A stretch of 64,000 nucleotides of DNA, taken from NCBI GenBank assembly GCA_977017575.1, contig CDRNVI010000003.1, positions 496,001-560,000 of the forward strand, in the 5' to 3' direction. Positions 10,057 through 21,643 of this stretch are shown piece after piece. Under the pieces are notes generated by a model. The model was not told the DNA's origin and did not search any database. It saw nothing but the letters and a program-made list of their open reading frames with translations. A program made the translations under genes and the position numbers. The first letter of the stretch is position 1; each line of letters opens with the position of its first letter. The DNA is from Paramoeba atlantica. Lineage: Eukaryota > Protista > Discosea.

Positions 10057-10173
10057 TTTTCTTTTTTAGGCTCTTCGTTAAACGCGGTGGTAGTTTTCAA
10101 CGCGAAGAGCGCAGCATGAGTGACTTCGAAGTTGAAAACCACCGCGTTTAACGAAGAGCCTAAAAAGAAAAAT
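10057..10173. repeat. Long imperfect hairpin (~28-bp perfect core)
   Basis: TTTTTAGGCTCTTCGTTAAACGCGGTGG (10063-10090) pairs with CCACCGCGTTTAACGAAGAGCCTAAAAA (10139-10166); the stem continues inward (TTTTCAAC/GTTGAAAA) after a 3-nt bulge. Confidence 0.9.
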
Positions 10174-10447
10174 CTTAATCCGACGAACTGGAAGATGAAT
10201 ACAATCGCAATTGTCTTCGGTGATTCAAGCTTTTCGGCAACTTTTGGACAAATAGTGGTTTTCAGACATTCTACGCATACCGCTTCAGTATAAATGGAGA
10301 CTTAGAGTAAGTTCTCGACGATAGGAAACCAAATTTCTAATTTATGTCCAAATGAGGAAGTTGATCCTTTACCCCAGTCATTTATTATCGTAAGCCTTAA
10401 GATTGTTTTTGCTTTGGAAGGAAGAAATACAAAGTAGCGGACATCAA

Positions 10448-11170
10448 TCAAGTTAGAGATGCGCCTTGATTTTTAATACAGACGACATTGGGAACAGACA
10501 TTGGAATGAACTCCCGAATAAAATTTTGTGACAAATCTAGGCACCGTAACGTCGAAGGCAAATTTTCGAGTTTTACTACACCAGAAATCAAATTCATTTG
10601 CATAAAAACGTAGCAGATCCTCGGCGGCATCGCGTCTACGACTAGCGCCCCCGAAAACTTATTGGAATACAACGAGAGAGTATTCAGTGTATGCGGTAGT
10701 TGATTTGCATTTATCGTACCATTAAAATGGTTCTTATTAAGCGACAGATGAGTAAGGGAAGACGGAAACTCACTCCAATCTACGGGCCCAGAAAGGTGAT
10801 CTTGCACCAAGTAAACACGGCGAAGCGTCCGAGGAAGGTAAGCGGCGAGGAGTCCTCCGTCCATTGTAGCACCAGCGATTGCAAGGCTCAAAAGAGTATC
10901 GGGCAAGTGGTGCCAAGGAACGCTCCCGACGTAATGGGAGACGTAATGCCACCCTATCGATTCTACTGAGCCGTCGTCCTTAGTTTTCACCCCGAGCCAC
11001 CCGTGAGCGGGATAATCTGCGGACCACGAAGCGTGCGGATGGCGAACAGTGGCAATGAATCGTCCGAGCTGCACCTCCGGTGGGAGTTGAGCTCCACGTA
11101 CCCTGGAAAGACGTGTAGCGCCGTAGCTTTCCGCAGTGTTGAAGCAAAGGGTGGTGCGGGTAAAAAACAT
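10448..11170 (-). CDS. Short leucine-rich-repeat protein (expanded family, copy 1)
   Basis: Repeats LP..L..L.L..N.(F/L)SG.(V/L); shares the N-terminal RVRGAQLPPEVQL motif with three other ORFs in the window. Confidence 0.85.
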   Translation of the reverse strand: MFFTRTTLCFNTAESYGATRLSRVRGAQLPPEVQLGRFIATVRHPHASWSADYPAHGWLGVKTKDDGSVESIGWHYVSHYVGSVPWHHLPDTLLSLAIAGATMDGGLLAAYLPRTLRRVYLVQDHLSGPVDWSEFPSSLTHLSLNKNHFNGTINANQLPHTLNTLSLYSNKFSGALVVDAMPPRICYVFMQMNLISGVVKLENLPSTLRCLDLSQNFIREFIPMSVPNVVCIKNQGASLT

Positions 11171-11692
11171 TTTTCTGTGCAGAATAGAACTCGTAAAATG
11201 AGAACCTTCATAGTTATTATCAATAAGACTACAGAAACGTTTTATGCTATGTAGACTTTCCTAAACATGTGTCTTCCCAGGGTACTGGAAAACGTTGTGG
11301 TGGTTACATACACCCCTGAGCAGCAACATTTACCCCCCTTGCAGGTCTCGTATTTTGTTCGATTTCGGAGTTTTTTTTGCATGGGACTGATTTGTGCCAC
11401 TAATGTCTCGAATCCGTAGTTAAATTGGATCCGCTTGTAATAATAATGTACTCATCACATATTCTCCAATCCATCCTAAAATTGCGACTTTAAACGAAAA
11501 TCCTACTCAGCCCTTCTCGAAGTACAGACTCCATAGATTGCTATTCGGAGCGCGTGGGAAGGCTTCAATCCTCTGTTACTTGGAAATATTCTCTTCGTAT
11601 AGCTCTAGATTTCCGTTTGTACTATAAACCTTATAGTACCGTCCCCCACACGTTGTTAGTTTTGGCCAAACGGCACTGTACATGTAAGTAAC

Positions 11693-12736
11693 TACTGTCC
11701 CCCCCCCCCCTACATAAGAGTCCGCGGTGTACCCCCCCTACTTCAGAGTCCTTTTTGACGGAGCCTCGGGCTGCCTGCGGCGCGAAGCGCCGCCAGATTT
11801 TTTTTTGTGTCTTTTTATTTTCTTTGATTTTTTTTAATAGTGTCCGCCCATTGCGTTTAGTTTTAATATTTCCAAGCTATTTATACTTGATGGTACACCG
11901 AGCAAGGAGCAGACTACGGGCAGGCATGGTAGACAACTATGCCAATCTGCCGACCAACCCCCTTCATCTATCTCCCCACCTAACCACGGTAACCTTCCGT
12001 TACTCCATTCCGGTAGCCAACCCCGTTCTCTTCTATCCCCATTTTCCCATCAAGGTAACGATCGTCTTCAGCGCTTCTCACACCCCCACCATCCCAACCC
12101 GCCCGCCCGACCGAATTATAATACTAATTATAATCTCTGCGTTAAGGGTAATTATAATCTCTGCGTTAAGGATGGGTGCCTTATTGGTGCGGAGGGGTTT
12201 ATATAGTACTATAATTATAGATTTTGTAGATTTTCAGACCCCTGCTTATTTCTCACTTAGAAATACGCTCAAAGGATCCTTACTGGATGTATTTTGCCAA
12301 ATGCCCTCAGCAAATGCCTGGCGAAAATACGTGCGGACTACACGTAATAAATAACTTATGTTCTCCATTTGGTGTCGAAAAAGGGTATATTAGCAGATCA
12401 ACACTATGCGAAGATTGGTCTCCACACCTTAACTAGACAATAGCTTTTATCAAATTCATAAACTTTACCACTCCTGATGTGAGTGCGTAATGGGGAAGTA
12501 TGGTCGGGACCTCCTCGTGGTCTTCCCTGGCACTGCTATCTTATCGATAGTACAGATGCCGACCTTCATTAGACCAAAATAGAGAAAAAAACATAGACAA
12601 AAAAGGAACCGGCCATACTGAAATTTTATGAAAAAATGCTGACCCCTCCACTTAAGAGTCCGGAAAATTGTGACCCCCCCTACTTAAGAGTCCAAATGCC
12701 CAAAATCGGCGGACTCTTAAGTAGGGGGGGACAGTA
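11693..12736. mobile_element. Non-autonomous TA-flanked DNA transposon (MITE) of the pogo-like family
   Basis: Left end TA-CTGT-C12-TACATAAGAGTCC (11693-11723); right end GGACTCTTAAGTA-G7-ACAG-TA (12711-12736). Subterminal CCCCCCTACTT(A/C)AGAGTCC repeats. Shares a 31-bp identical block with the pogo element at 23935. Confidence 0.85.
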
Positions 12737-13823
12737 CTATAAGGGGATTACTCAAATTTATAAAAAAACAAAATTCGTCAAAATTCTTTCCAATATGATA
12801 CATAGTCAACTAGCATTTTAGTACGTACTAAAAGGAATGTTCCCTTAGACTCATATACACTTTGTGCCGGGGCTTTTAGCCTGTTTTAAAACTTTAAATA
12901 AGTTTGGGAAAATCATTTTTTGCCAATAACTTTTTGCTTGAACTCGAGGCTCTTTTCCTTGCTTTTAACGCGAACTCTGATCAAGCGAATATTGGCAAGT
13001 GTGTACAGGCGTGCCGCGAAAACGTGGGTCTTCTTCCGAAGGTGGATCGAGTAATACTGCCCCCGCCTGTTCTGAGCGTGAACGGCTAAATACCACAAAA
13101 GACGGAATGGACCCCTTGAAGAATCTAATCGACTAAAGAGGTTCACATTCAGAGGCTACCGCAATGTGAAATTTAGTCGGAGTCATGCAAGCGGGCAAGG
13201 TAATGTGCGACGATCCGGTCACGCAGCCACTGAAAATACAGCGAAATCTCAAAAGAAGAACTCAGGAAAACGAAAATTCGTCGTTGCTACGCTACGATGT
13301 TTATTACGATAAGGGTTAGGGAAAGATGGTTATGTTTTCGAGGTTTCAAAAAGTAAAACTTCCTGAGCTAATCGTATCGAAAGGATTTTTTTTAAAACCA
13401 CGCATCACCTGTAAAATACAGGTAGGTGAAAAATCACCGATTTTGCTAACATTATTAATGGCGGATTTATAAACTCCCCTTATAAACTCCCCTTCATCAA
13501 TAAAACACCCCACCTTATTTTTGGCACACAGCGGCATGGATAGGTTATAGAACCACTTCGTCATGTAAAATTTTGAGATCTGCACGTTCTCGCATATTTT
13601 AGGTCTTTTGAGAATAAGAATTCAAAAAAAATACCTTTTTTCACATGCTCAAATGACCTTCTAAAAGCAGTCAATGAGTAAGCCCACAAACTCTGTGATA
13701 GCTCTCTAACGCGCTTTTACTTTCCAAAATTGGACACGATTTACGAATTTTAGGCCTTTTGACGCGTACTCCTGTATGTGGAGAGGTCACATTATATTTT
13801 CCCCAGCTGTATCATCATTAGTT

Positions 13824-14846
13824 TTATAAGCTAATGGTTTCATCGGGAGTATTCTTTTTGCGTGGTTTTTGCGGAGTTATTGAGTTATTATGCGAAAGTT
13901 TTTCTGTTTTAGTTGATTTTGAGAAAAATGACATAAGGTCTTTTGGTCGGTATTCGTCCAGAGCAGATTTCCGTGCCGGGTCTCGGGTATTAGATTCTAC
14001 GCGCTTACTGAAATTAGGGTTAATCGGATGCCATTGCACTTCATCAGACGGCGTGAGTACGTGTTTTACTTCATGGAATGGTAGAGTATTATCCAGCCAC
14101 AAATCTACGGTCTCTGGAGTATCCAATATGGCGGGCATTCGATTGTGACACCACTTCAACGAGTCGGATGCGTCCACAGTAAGTATTGTGCATCGCTCAC
14201 TGTCATAGAGACCTGCAAGAGGCATCAAACGAGATTGAATGGGATTATCATTCAGAACGTTTGCGCTGCGCAGTACATCATCCTGCGAGAGCTCTAGCTC
14301 TCTTTTTGGATATATATAGTACGGTTGAGGATGTGTTTTCGGAGAATTGGGAAAATGCTTCCACTCAATAAAGCCTGTTACTAACACTATGCACCGATTT
14401 TGTAAATGGTGTCGAAAAGAAGCACGTTCAGAAACGGAATCCGAACGAGCATTAAACAATAGCGAAGACATTTGTGGAACTCTAAATCCCCATGGAAGAG
14501 TCTGCAGAACGAATGCCTTTTTGCACGTGTTCGGCGAAACAAGAATAGTTAAGTAGCCACCAGGACTGATGTTACATGAATGTGGACGAAACGCTTCGCT
14601 ATTTATCCACGATATCTCACTCGCTGCAGAGTCAGAATTCTTTGTAGGTCGCACTGTACCCGTTTCATTACATTTTGCAAAACTATGATTCAGTGCGAAA
14701 TCAACGGTATGCGTACTTTGTTCTTGCGAGGTAGCTCTGTTGCTTTGAAGACGCACTGCTTCTCTTCGTCTTCTACGTGCTGTCACCCTTTGAGCGTATT
14801 GAATGAGTACAGGCGCTTCAACGTCGACGGCTGCTCTGCCGCACAT
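13824..14846 (-). CDS. HMCES: SRAP-domain (HMCES/YedK) abasic-site DNA-protein crosslinking protein
   Basis: Starts MCGR (catalytic Cys2), with LFNARSD, RCIV...GFIEWK and HNRMPAIL motifs. Confidence 0.93.
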   Translation of the reverse strand: MCGRAAVDVEAPVLIQYAQRVTARRRRREAVRLQSNRATSQEQSTHTVDFALNHSFAKCNETGTVRPTKNSDSAASEISWINSEAFRPHSCNISPGGYLTILVSPNTCKKAFVLQTLPWGFRVPQMSSLLFNARSDSVSERASFRHHLQNRCIVLVTGFIEWKHFPNSPKTHPQPYYIYPKRELELSQDDVLRSANVLNDNPIQSRLMPLAGLYDSERCTILTVDASDSLKWCHNRMPAILDTPETVDLWLDNTLPFHEVKHVLTPSDEVQWHPINPNFSKRVESNTRDPARKSALDEYRPKDLMSFFSKSTKTEKLSHNNSITPQKPRKKNTPDETISL

Positions 14847-15039
14847 TATAAAATTATCTTACTTTCGTATTAAAATAAACATAAAACTGTGTCAGCTCAA
14901 ATAGTAAAATGGTGATACAAGAATTGCTTACCTTTGTAAGCTCTTGTGTAAACTCTCTTTAGTGGCAATCATGAAATTCATTCGGTCCATAATGTGAAAA
15001 TGTCGAGTGCCCGTTTCTGAATGAGCTCCCGGACTCGAC

Positions 15040-15498
15040 CTACTTACTCCTACACTTAGCAGAATTACTGGATATTACTCTATTGGTGTTGTTGAAGTTA
15101 CTGTACGAATTAGTGCTCAGGTTGTCAGTGAACGGAGGATGTGTCTTGCTGAAGGAATTTACCTCAACAAAGGTCTCTCTTTTCACAGTGTGTAGATTCT
15201 TGAAAGTAAGGGCAGATGACTTGGGCTCTGCTAAGTACGATTCGTTCTGTGATAGTCGTTCCCCCTTTTGATTGGTAACGAAATCAGATTTCATAACACG
15301 AGTTGGCTTCAGTTTAATTTTAACGGAACTTGGTGGCTTCTTTGTATCTGCCTCTAAATCACTATCAGCAAGTTGCAGCAAAGGATTCATGCGACCACTA
15401 CAATATGTCAGATCTTCTCGTATTGAACCCATTAATCTCCGCAGTTGTGACCGCAAAGGGTTCGTTTTGCAACGAAAAGCACGGCTACCAATCCCCAT
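15040..15498 (-). CDS. Hypothetical protein (152 aa), Ser/Asn-rich
   Basis: ATG-initiated ORF on the polycistron strand filling an intergenic gap; no motif recognised. Confidence 0.3.
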   Translation of the reverse strand: MGIGSRAFRCKTNPLRSQLRRLMGSIREDLTYCSGRMNPLLQLADSDLEADTKKPPSSVKIKLKPTRVMKSDFVTNQKGERLSQNESYLAEPKSSALTFKNLHTVKRETFVEVNSFSKTHPPFTDNLSTNSYSNFNNTNRVISSNSAKCRSK

Positions 15499-16084
15499 GA
15501 CTTATGGTGCAGTGCATAGATGAGAGAATGATATCCGCAATATTACCTGTCTGACTGGCAAGGGAGCAATTTCTTGTTCAGAGAAAGTTCATGTACTTGC
15601 AAAATAGATAGACAATTTTTTTTCTCACTGAAAATTTTCAACTGCGTAAAAATGCCAAAAAATTTTAGAGTTCAAGAAGAAAAAAATGATACCTGAGTAT
15701 TCCGGCGCATATGTTATGTACACTTACATTATACCTGCACAGTATGCATCTGAAGAAATCTTCAAGAAAACTTTTCAAAACGAGTGGATGTGCCTTGACT
15801 TTCTTCGGTTTGAAGCCATAAATAATTGCGGAATGAAGCATGACCAAAATAATAATAATGTATACGGAGTAAATCTAACGGCTTCCCAATGTATATTTGG
15901 AAGTCGAAAATGAAGTTTCACAGTGTCATCATGTTCCGCTTCCAACTTAAATACGTTCGATTACACGCACATAAAGTAATGAAGCACAATATAAAGTTGA
16001 TGGTTAGATATGACAAAAGGCTTTATGTTTTAAAAACATTAAGCAAGAACGCAGCAATCGCCCAAAAACAATGTTTCTGCATGG

Positions 16085-18559
16085 CTACTGAGCCCAAAAT
16101 TCATCGTTGACCTCAATGAATCCATCAAGGTTCGATGGATGGGATGCCCCAATGCGCAAAGTACCGGCGAAAAAGCGTCGGTACACTTCGAGTCCGTCTT
16201 CTCCACTGTGGACAAGGTAGACAACATTGCTAAGCCACTCGGAACCTTTCACCACCCCCGCTTCAAGATTCGCTCTCCATCGAGGCGTAATTTTCTCCTT
16301 CCAGTGCTTCTTAGGCCCAAAGATTAGTATGGGGTTTGGAGGAGTCGTACCAATTTTTCGTCGGACCTCTTCCAGGGCGTATTCGAAATCAGTGCCAACT
16401 CCGCCAACGCAAATAATCGGGAAGTCTAAGTTAAAGTCAGACTGTCTCTCTACAAGTTTTTCCAATCGGTAGGTCATCCAGGCGTCAACAAAACTATTTT
16501 GCTTCTGCTCATTAATAACAACACCTGCTTTTCGTTTTCCGGCACCAAAGTCCACGAACAAGCCGCAAGACAAAATACCCAGATTATGTGCGACGCGATT
16601 TCCCAATTCCATGATGCCTGGACCACCACCAGTGACGACGCAAAGACCTTTTTGGGATACCTCGGGATTTGGAGAAGTTGTGACGATCTGTTTAAGACCA
16701 CTGAATACTGTTTTGAGGTCGGACTCGAAATCGCCTTCCACAAGATTTGAGCCGTACACTCCGACGTAGAAGGCTCGGAGATACTCCTCTTTCCGACCCA
16801 TTGGGACAAACATACCGCTGTCTGTGCCCATTCGATGTACGTACTGAAAGATTTGTCGACGGCGAACATCTACGTGGTAGACTCGAACTCCAAACAACAT
16901 CAGATCTTGCAACATGGCACGATCGCTTTGGCTAAAGAAAGAGCCCGTGGACTGACTGGCTTCGAGAAAATAGATCGCACGTACACATTGGCACACATAC
17001 CCCGAGAGTAAAAAGTGTTTCAGAATTGGTGAGATAAAGTACTTAGTGAGCAGTACGCCTTGGCTTGTAATCTCGCCCTGTGCAATTGCTTTCAGAAGTC
17101 CGTACTGACATTGCTGCACCAGATACTGTCGAGCCTGACTCAACTGCTGCTGTGGGTGAACCGAACCAACGTATGGCACAGGTTGAGGTCGGGACGTAAT
17201 CCACGAAGATTCCGTCAGCTCACTCATTTGACTCCCTTTGCAAATATACACGCACGCCTGAACATCGTGCTCCGTGGGTGCCGTCGCAAATGCCGCAGAG
17301 GCCTCCTCAAAGTTCATCAAGAGTTTGTTAAGCGCGGTGCGGTCCTCAAAAGCAATTCCCTCCCGATACGGCTCCACGGTGTAGAACTCAATCGGAATGC
17401 GGTCAAGCTCCTTGTCCGAGTCCCCGTAGAACACAAACGTGCGCCCGCACAGCGTCTCCTCCTCACTGGAGCCGTAGGGCTCGAGTACACTGGCGGAGGT
17501 GCAGTGAATCCCCGGAGGGAGCAACTCATCGACAACACGGGCGAACATCGTATGAATGTGCATCGCTTTCGAACGTACCATTAACATGTCTCCCTCCCGG
17601 GCGTAGCGAGAGTTACTCCCTTTGTGGTTCTGGTGCAAACGTAGCATGGGACGAATGTGGGTGGTGCTTTTTGATCGCAGTGCCTTGCCAACGGTAGGAA
17701 GAAACCCCGTGATTTCAAAATCATACGTAATGGCCCCTGGTTTCAGCTTGATAAACGCCACAAGACGACCGTCCCTCTCCTCAAGCTCCCAATCCTCCTC
17801 ATCCTGGGCGCCATACACCAACAAGGGATCTCCAAACCGCGTGGTGCGTCCCTTAAGCTGTCGGATATACTGTTCATGGTGAACCCGGCGTGCGGCACAC
17901 ACCGCAAACAGTTTCCCCAACTGTGTACCCATCTCCACAAAATCTAGCGCCAGCACCCCCATGGTTGCAATCGCCACCAGCCGTATCACACAAGATGCCG
18001 AGCGTGTCTCCTTATCCAGCACCAACTCATCCGTTACACTGTGCAGCCCAAGCTGAGACAGTGTGGACTTTAGATTAAAACTTAGTCGGTCGTTGGGCCC
18101 CAGGCACCATCCCAGGAATTGCGGGGAGATGTCGGTAATCGAAATCTCGCAGCGCAGTGTCTTGCGGTCCTCCCGGGTGAGCCCGACAACACGGCCATCG
18201 GGGGAGACGAGATCGAAGGAGGTGTCGACGAGGACACGACTGGCCTGGGAGTGCGGGATGTGGTGCGCCCCGCGTAGGGCAGGGGACATGGGGAGGACGG
18301 AGTAGGTGGGGGTGGGGGGGAGAACGGGCTGGTGGACGAGCGCGGGTTTGTCTTCCACGGGTTTGTCTTCTTCTGGGGTGGGGGAGGAGAAGGGGGTGGG
18401 ATCTTGGGCTTCGTCTTTTCCGGTGGGGGGGAGGGCGAGATCTGGGGGGGAGGCGTCCTCGGTTTGAAGTGGTGTGTCGTCGTTGCGAACCCAGCTGGGT
18501 ACCCAATTGCTTGCGGAGGTGTTGGGTCGGGCGGATAAAGGGGTTGTGTTACCGGACAT
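16085..18559 (-). CDS. Large LOG-family (misannotated 'lysine decarboxylase') nucleotide hydrolase with long N-terminal domains and Pro-rich leader
   Basis: C-terminal LOG motifs VVTGGGPGIMELGNR, ERQSDF and VGGVGTDFEYALE. The upstream FNLKSTLSQLG, FYTVEPYRE and ITSQGVLL blocks resemble the long Chlamydiae-type LOG proteins as I recall them. Confidence 0.8.
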   Translation of the reverse strand: MSGNTTPLSARPNTSASNWVPSWVRNDDTPLQTEDASPPDLALPPTGKDEAQDPTPFSSPTPEEDKPVEDKPALVHQPVLPPTPTYSVLPMSPALRGAHHIPHSQASRVLVDTSFDLVSPDGRVVGLTREDRKTLRCEISITDISPQFLGWCLGPNDRLSFNLKSTLSQLGLHSVTDELVLDKETRSASCVIRLVAIATMGVLALDFVEMGTQLGKLFAVCAARRVHHEQYIRQLKGRTTRFGDPLLVYGAQDEEDWELEERDGRLVAFIKLKPGAITYDFEITGFLPTVGKALRSKSTTHIRPMLRLHQNHKGSNSRYAREGDMLMVRSKAMHIHTMFARVVDELLPPGIHCTSASVLEPYGSSEEETLCGRTFVFYGDSDKELDRIPIEFYTVEPYREGIAFEDRTALNKLLMNFEEASAAFATAPTEHDVQACVYICKGSQMSELTESSWITSRPQPVPYVGSVHPQQQLSQARQYLVQQCQYGLLKAIAQGEITSQGVLLTKYFISPILKHFLLSGYVCQCVRAIYFLEASQSTGSFFSQSDRAMLQDLMLFGVRVYHVDVRRRQIFQYVHRMGTDSGMFVPMGRKEEYLRAFYVGVYGSNLVEGDFESDLKTVFSGLKQIVTTSPNPEVSQKGLCVVTGGGPGIMELGNRVAHNLGILSCGLFVDFGAGKRKAGVVINEQKQNSFVDAWMTYRLEKLVERQSDFNLDFPIICVGGVGTDFEYALEEVRRKIGTTPPNPILIFGPKKHWKEKITPRWRANLEAGVVKGSEWLSNVVYLVHSGEDGLEVYRRFFAGTLRIGASHPSNLDGFIEVNDEFWAQ

Positions 18560-19154
18560 GTATCAATGGATGGAAGGGTAGTGAAAAGAGAGATGGATTG
18601 TTACGGATAAATAAGAAAATAGGAGGAAATAACAGGCGTACATACTTTAGTCCTGATACTACATACTGTAGTCCTGATACTATAGATACTTTGATGTTTA
18701 GATACATTTACATACAAGTATGTATGATCAACCTGATAGGCAAATGTGCAAGTAGCATCTAAAAATGGGATGCAAATGTGTCAAATAGAATGTGACTTTT
18801 CCATTATGGATGGCGGGAGATCGTCAAAGTAATTCGATGTCTAAGATTTACACACAAGCGTACGACGCTACTCTAAAGGGAGCAAACTGCACACCAAGGA
18901 TAGAAGACTTCAGTGCGAGAATCGCTCGAGTAGCTTAGTTGAATGGCCTACATGCTCTTAAATGTGTGGGACGGTCTATTCACCGAGGTACATACGTAAA
19001 ACTACATACGGTAGGTATACATCGGCACACGTACAATATGGCACACACATATTCATGCACATGAAGAAAAACAGTACATGCGCTTTGTCACAGTATAGCT
19101 GTGGTATACGCACCTTATTCCCTTTAAAAGCAATAGATTCGAACCCCAGTATTC

Positions 19155-21560
19155 TTAACCTCGGGCATCCTCTGATGCATTTCGTAGGTACACATTTCGA
19201 GCGTCGAACCCGACAACTACTTCCCGCACCTCCAGTATGCGCACCGCATTTGCAATCTCTTCCATACTAGTAGACCTCCCGCGCCCTAGCACACGGCGAA
19301 GTTCATCCATTGACACCGTACTTCTCTCGCTTACGGTGCGGAGATACTCCTCGATTCGACGTACAAGCAAATCGGCGCCGCCCTCGGAAACGTGACCACC
19401 AAATACGCGAGCAAAGTTTACCCCGGTGTCACCGGATCCCGCAGTGAGGTCCACTCCGGCACTTCCCCAAGCGGCGTGCATTAGATCACGCGCGTCCTCA
19501 GCGTCGCGTAATGTCACCTGCACACTCCATCGCATACGTGCCCTGGCCTCCGCCAGTCGTATGAGCGACTCCAGCGTACGGAGAGTTGGGCTCATGGAAC
19601 CAAACGAGCGCACTCCCCGCATGGTGCAGTAGGTATTGGTAAGGGAGTTCTGAGCCTCAGCCGAGAGCACAGGATGGATCTGTGAGCGGGCGTACACAAT
19701 AAATTTAGTGAGGTCTGTGGAAGACATAACTTCCTCACCCGTGTTGACGATTCCATCCGTGTCCATCGCATCCGCTGCTTTTTCGTTCTCCTCCGGACCT
19801 GTGGCTCCAAACATGCGAATGAGATGACGAGTTAAGGAGCGGTGAAACTCCTCAGGGTGGTCATCAAGCATTAGATAGATGAGATCAAATCGACTGAGTA
19901 GACCGGGGTCCAAATTTAGATTCTCAACAACGGTAAGATTTTTATCCCACTTACTCTCGCGAGGATTCGCCGCGGCCAATATTGAGGTTCGCGCATTCAA
20001 CTGGCACACAATACCTGCTTTCGCAATACTTAACGTGTGCTGCTCCATGACTTCCTTTAGCACATTTCGCTGTTGCGTGTCCATCTTATCAAACTCATCA
20101 ATACAGCACACCCCACCGTCGGACAAAACCAACGCACCGCTCTCCAGTACGCGATCCCCTGTGTCAGCGTCGCGCACAATGTACGCTGTGAGTCCGACAC
20201 TACTGCTACTTCGACCACTCACATAAACCCCACGATGGGACACACGGTGCACATGCGCCAGGAGCTGCGATTTCGCCAGCCCGGGATCACCACAAAGCAG
20301 AATATTAATTTCCCCACGACAGGAGCTGTTGGAGAATTGTTTTGCGGTTCCACCAAACAGAAGGGTCAGTAGCCCATCTTTCGCGCTCTCCATCCCAAAC
20401 ACGGAGGGGGCCAGGGACTGTCGCAGGAGGTCATAAATATCCGGCCGGTCCGCCATCTCCCGCAAACGCTGCACCTCACCCAAAAAATACGCACTCTCGG
20501 TATCCTTATTCTCCAGACAGCTCAGAAACCTCTCCGTGCCCTCATTCATACGATCGTGTGCATTCCTCTTCTTCAGCCTTTTCAAGTGAATACAATCCAT
20601 ATGGGAGCGTACCACGGCATGGCACAAATACCGGTTCTGCTGGATCCGTGCGGGGTGCACGCGATACACCCCGGTGGCCACCACCACATCCCCGGGCACC
20701 ACACTGTCCACGAGGGCGTTGTACACCGAGAGCGCGATCGTAATCGGGGTCTCCCCGGGACGCATATCCTCGGGGGTCTCCTGTAGCCGAATCACCTGTT
20801 TGTCCTCGTAGGTACACAGGTGGTGCATGAGACGGAAGGTGCCGTGGGCGCCACACCCGGGACAGCGCGGGGGCTCGTGGATTTTACCCCGATCCACGCT
20901 GGAGTGGGTGGTGAGCGCACACTTCTCACACTGGAACTCCGCGTGGGCCATCTCGGGGATCACCGTGGAGGTGCGCACGACAATACCCCGGACCGCGGTG
21001 AGACGCTCCACGTGGAGGTGGGAGAGCGCATTCATCGCGGTCTCGGGGACGTTGTAGGGGCAGAGGACAAGGGGGCGAACCGAGGGGGCGTGGGGGGAGG
21101 TCGAGGAGGGGAGCTCACGCACGCCGGCAGGGGGGGTTGTGTGGATTTGATACCAGTGCTCCCCGAGGGCGAGCTCGAATACCGGGATACAGGTCGTGGG
21201 GTGTTCCATCATGGATTCGTGAAGAAAGGGGTGGGTGTCCGCGAGTGTGGACATGTCCACCTCCAGGCCGCACCCGGGTTGTGTGAGCTCTCGCAGTCGG
21301 CTGTGAAGTGCGGTCTCGGCGTACTGCCGACAGCTACGCTCGAGTTCTTGGATATCGATGGAGGTTCCCCATATGACGGTGCGAGTCTCGGCGGCCGGTA
21401 GTCCGTGCGCCACGGTCATGTTATCTGGAAGGGCGCCCGGACCCTCGACATCGTACGACTCTGGTTCCGGTTCTGCATGGATGGGTGGTGGTGGAACACT
21501 GTCAAAAGGGTCCACGAAGGCTCTTGAGCGAGGCATGCCGTACGTCTCGTCGGGGTCCAT
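19155..21560 (-). CDS. MCM4: DNA replication licensing factor MCM4
   Basis: Walker A GDPGLAKSQ, IDEFDKM, SRFDL Arg finger, CEKC..CPGC zinc finger; N-terminal VIWGTSI and VLESGALVLSDGGVCCIDEFDKM are MCM4-like. Confidence 0.92.
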   Translation of the reverse strand: MDPDETYGMPRSRAFVDPFDSVPPPPIHAEPEPESYDVEGPGALPDNMTVAHGLPAAETRTVIWGTSIDIQELERSCRQYAETALHSRLRELTQPGCGLEVDMSTLADTHPFLHESMMEHPTTCIPVFELALGEHWYQIHTTPPAGVRELPSSTSPHAPSVRPLVLCPYNVPETAMNALSHLHVERLTAVRGIVVRTSTVIPEMAHAEFQCEKCALTTHSSVDRGKIHEPPRCPGCGAHGTFRLMHHLCTYEDKQVIRLQETPEDMRPGETPITIALSVYNALVDSVVPGDVVVATGVYRVHPARIQQNRYLCHAVVRSHMDCIHLKRLKKRNAHDRMNEGTERFLSCLENKDTESAYFLGEVQRLREMADRPDIYDLLRQSLAPSVFGMESAKDGLLTLLFGGTAKQFSNSSCRGEINILLCGDPGLAKSQLLAHVHRVSHRGVYVSGRSSSSVGLTAYIVRDADTGDRVLESGALVLSDGGVCCIDEFDKMDTQQRNVLKEVMEQHTLSIAKAGIVCQLNARTSILAAANPRESKWDKNLTVVENLNLDPGLLSRFDLIYLMLDDHPEEFHRSLTRHLIRMFGATGPEENEKAADAMDTDGIVNTGEEVMSSTDLTKFIVYARSQIHPVLSAEAQNSLTNTYCTMRGVRSFGSMSPTLRTLESLIRLAEARARMRWSVQVTLRDAEDARDLMHAAWGSAGVDLTAGSGDTGVNFARVFGGHVSEGGADLLVRRIEEYLRTVSERSTVSMDELRRVLGRGRSTSMEEIANAVRILEVREVVVGFDARNVYLRNASEDARG

Positions 21561-21643
21561 TGATCTCTAAATTATTTTCTTATCCGACAAGTTAAAGGGG
21601 ATATACGTTGAAGAAATGCGCACGATTTACAGGATGAATGAGC

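Noticed and set aside
11755-12354. 199-aa plus-strand ORF
   Set aside because: Lies wholly within the MITE, starts at TTG, is low-complexity and has no motif.
12904-13310. Possible Myb/SANT relic (EWTLEESNRLK) on the plus strand
   Set aside because: One short motif in a frameshifted stretch without a start; too weak to call, though it could be a Harbinger accessory-gene remnant.
13310-13322. Telomere-like AGGGTTAGGG
   Set aside because: Under two units; expected by chance.
19125-19150. tRNA T-loop-like GGTTCGAATC on the minus strand
   Set aside because: No T-stem pairing or acceptor stem in the flanks.
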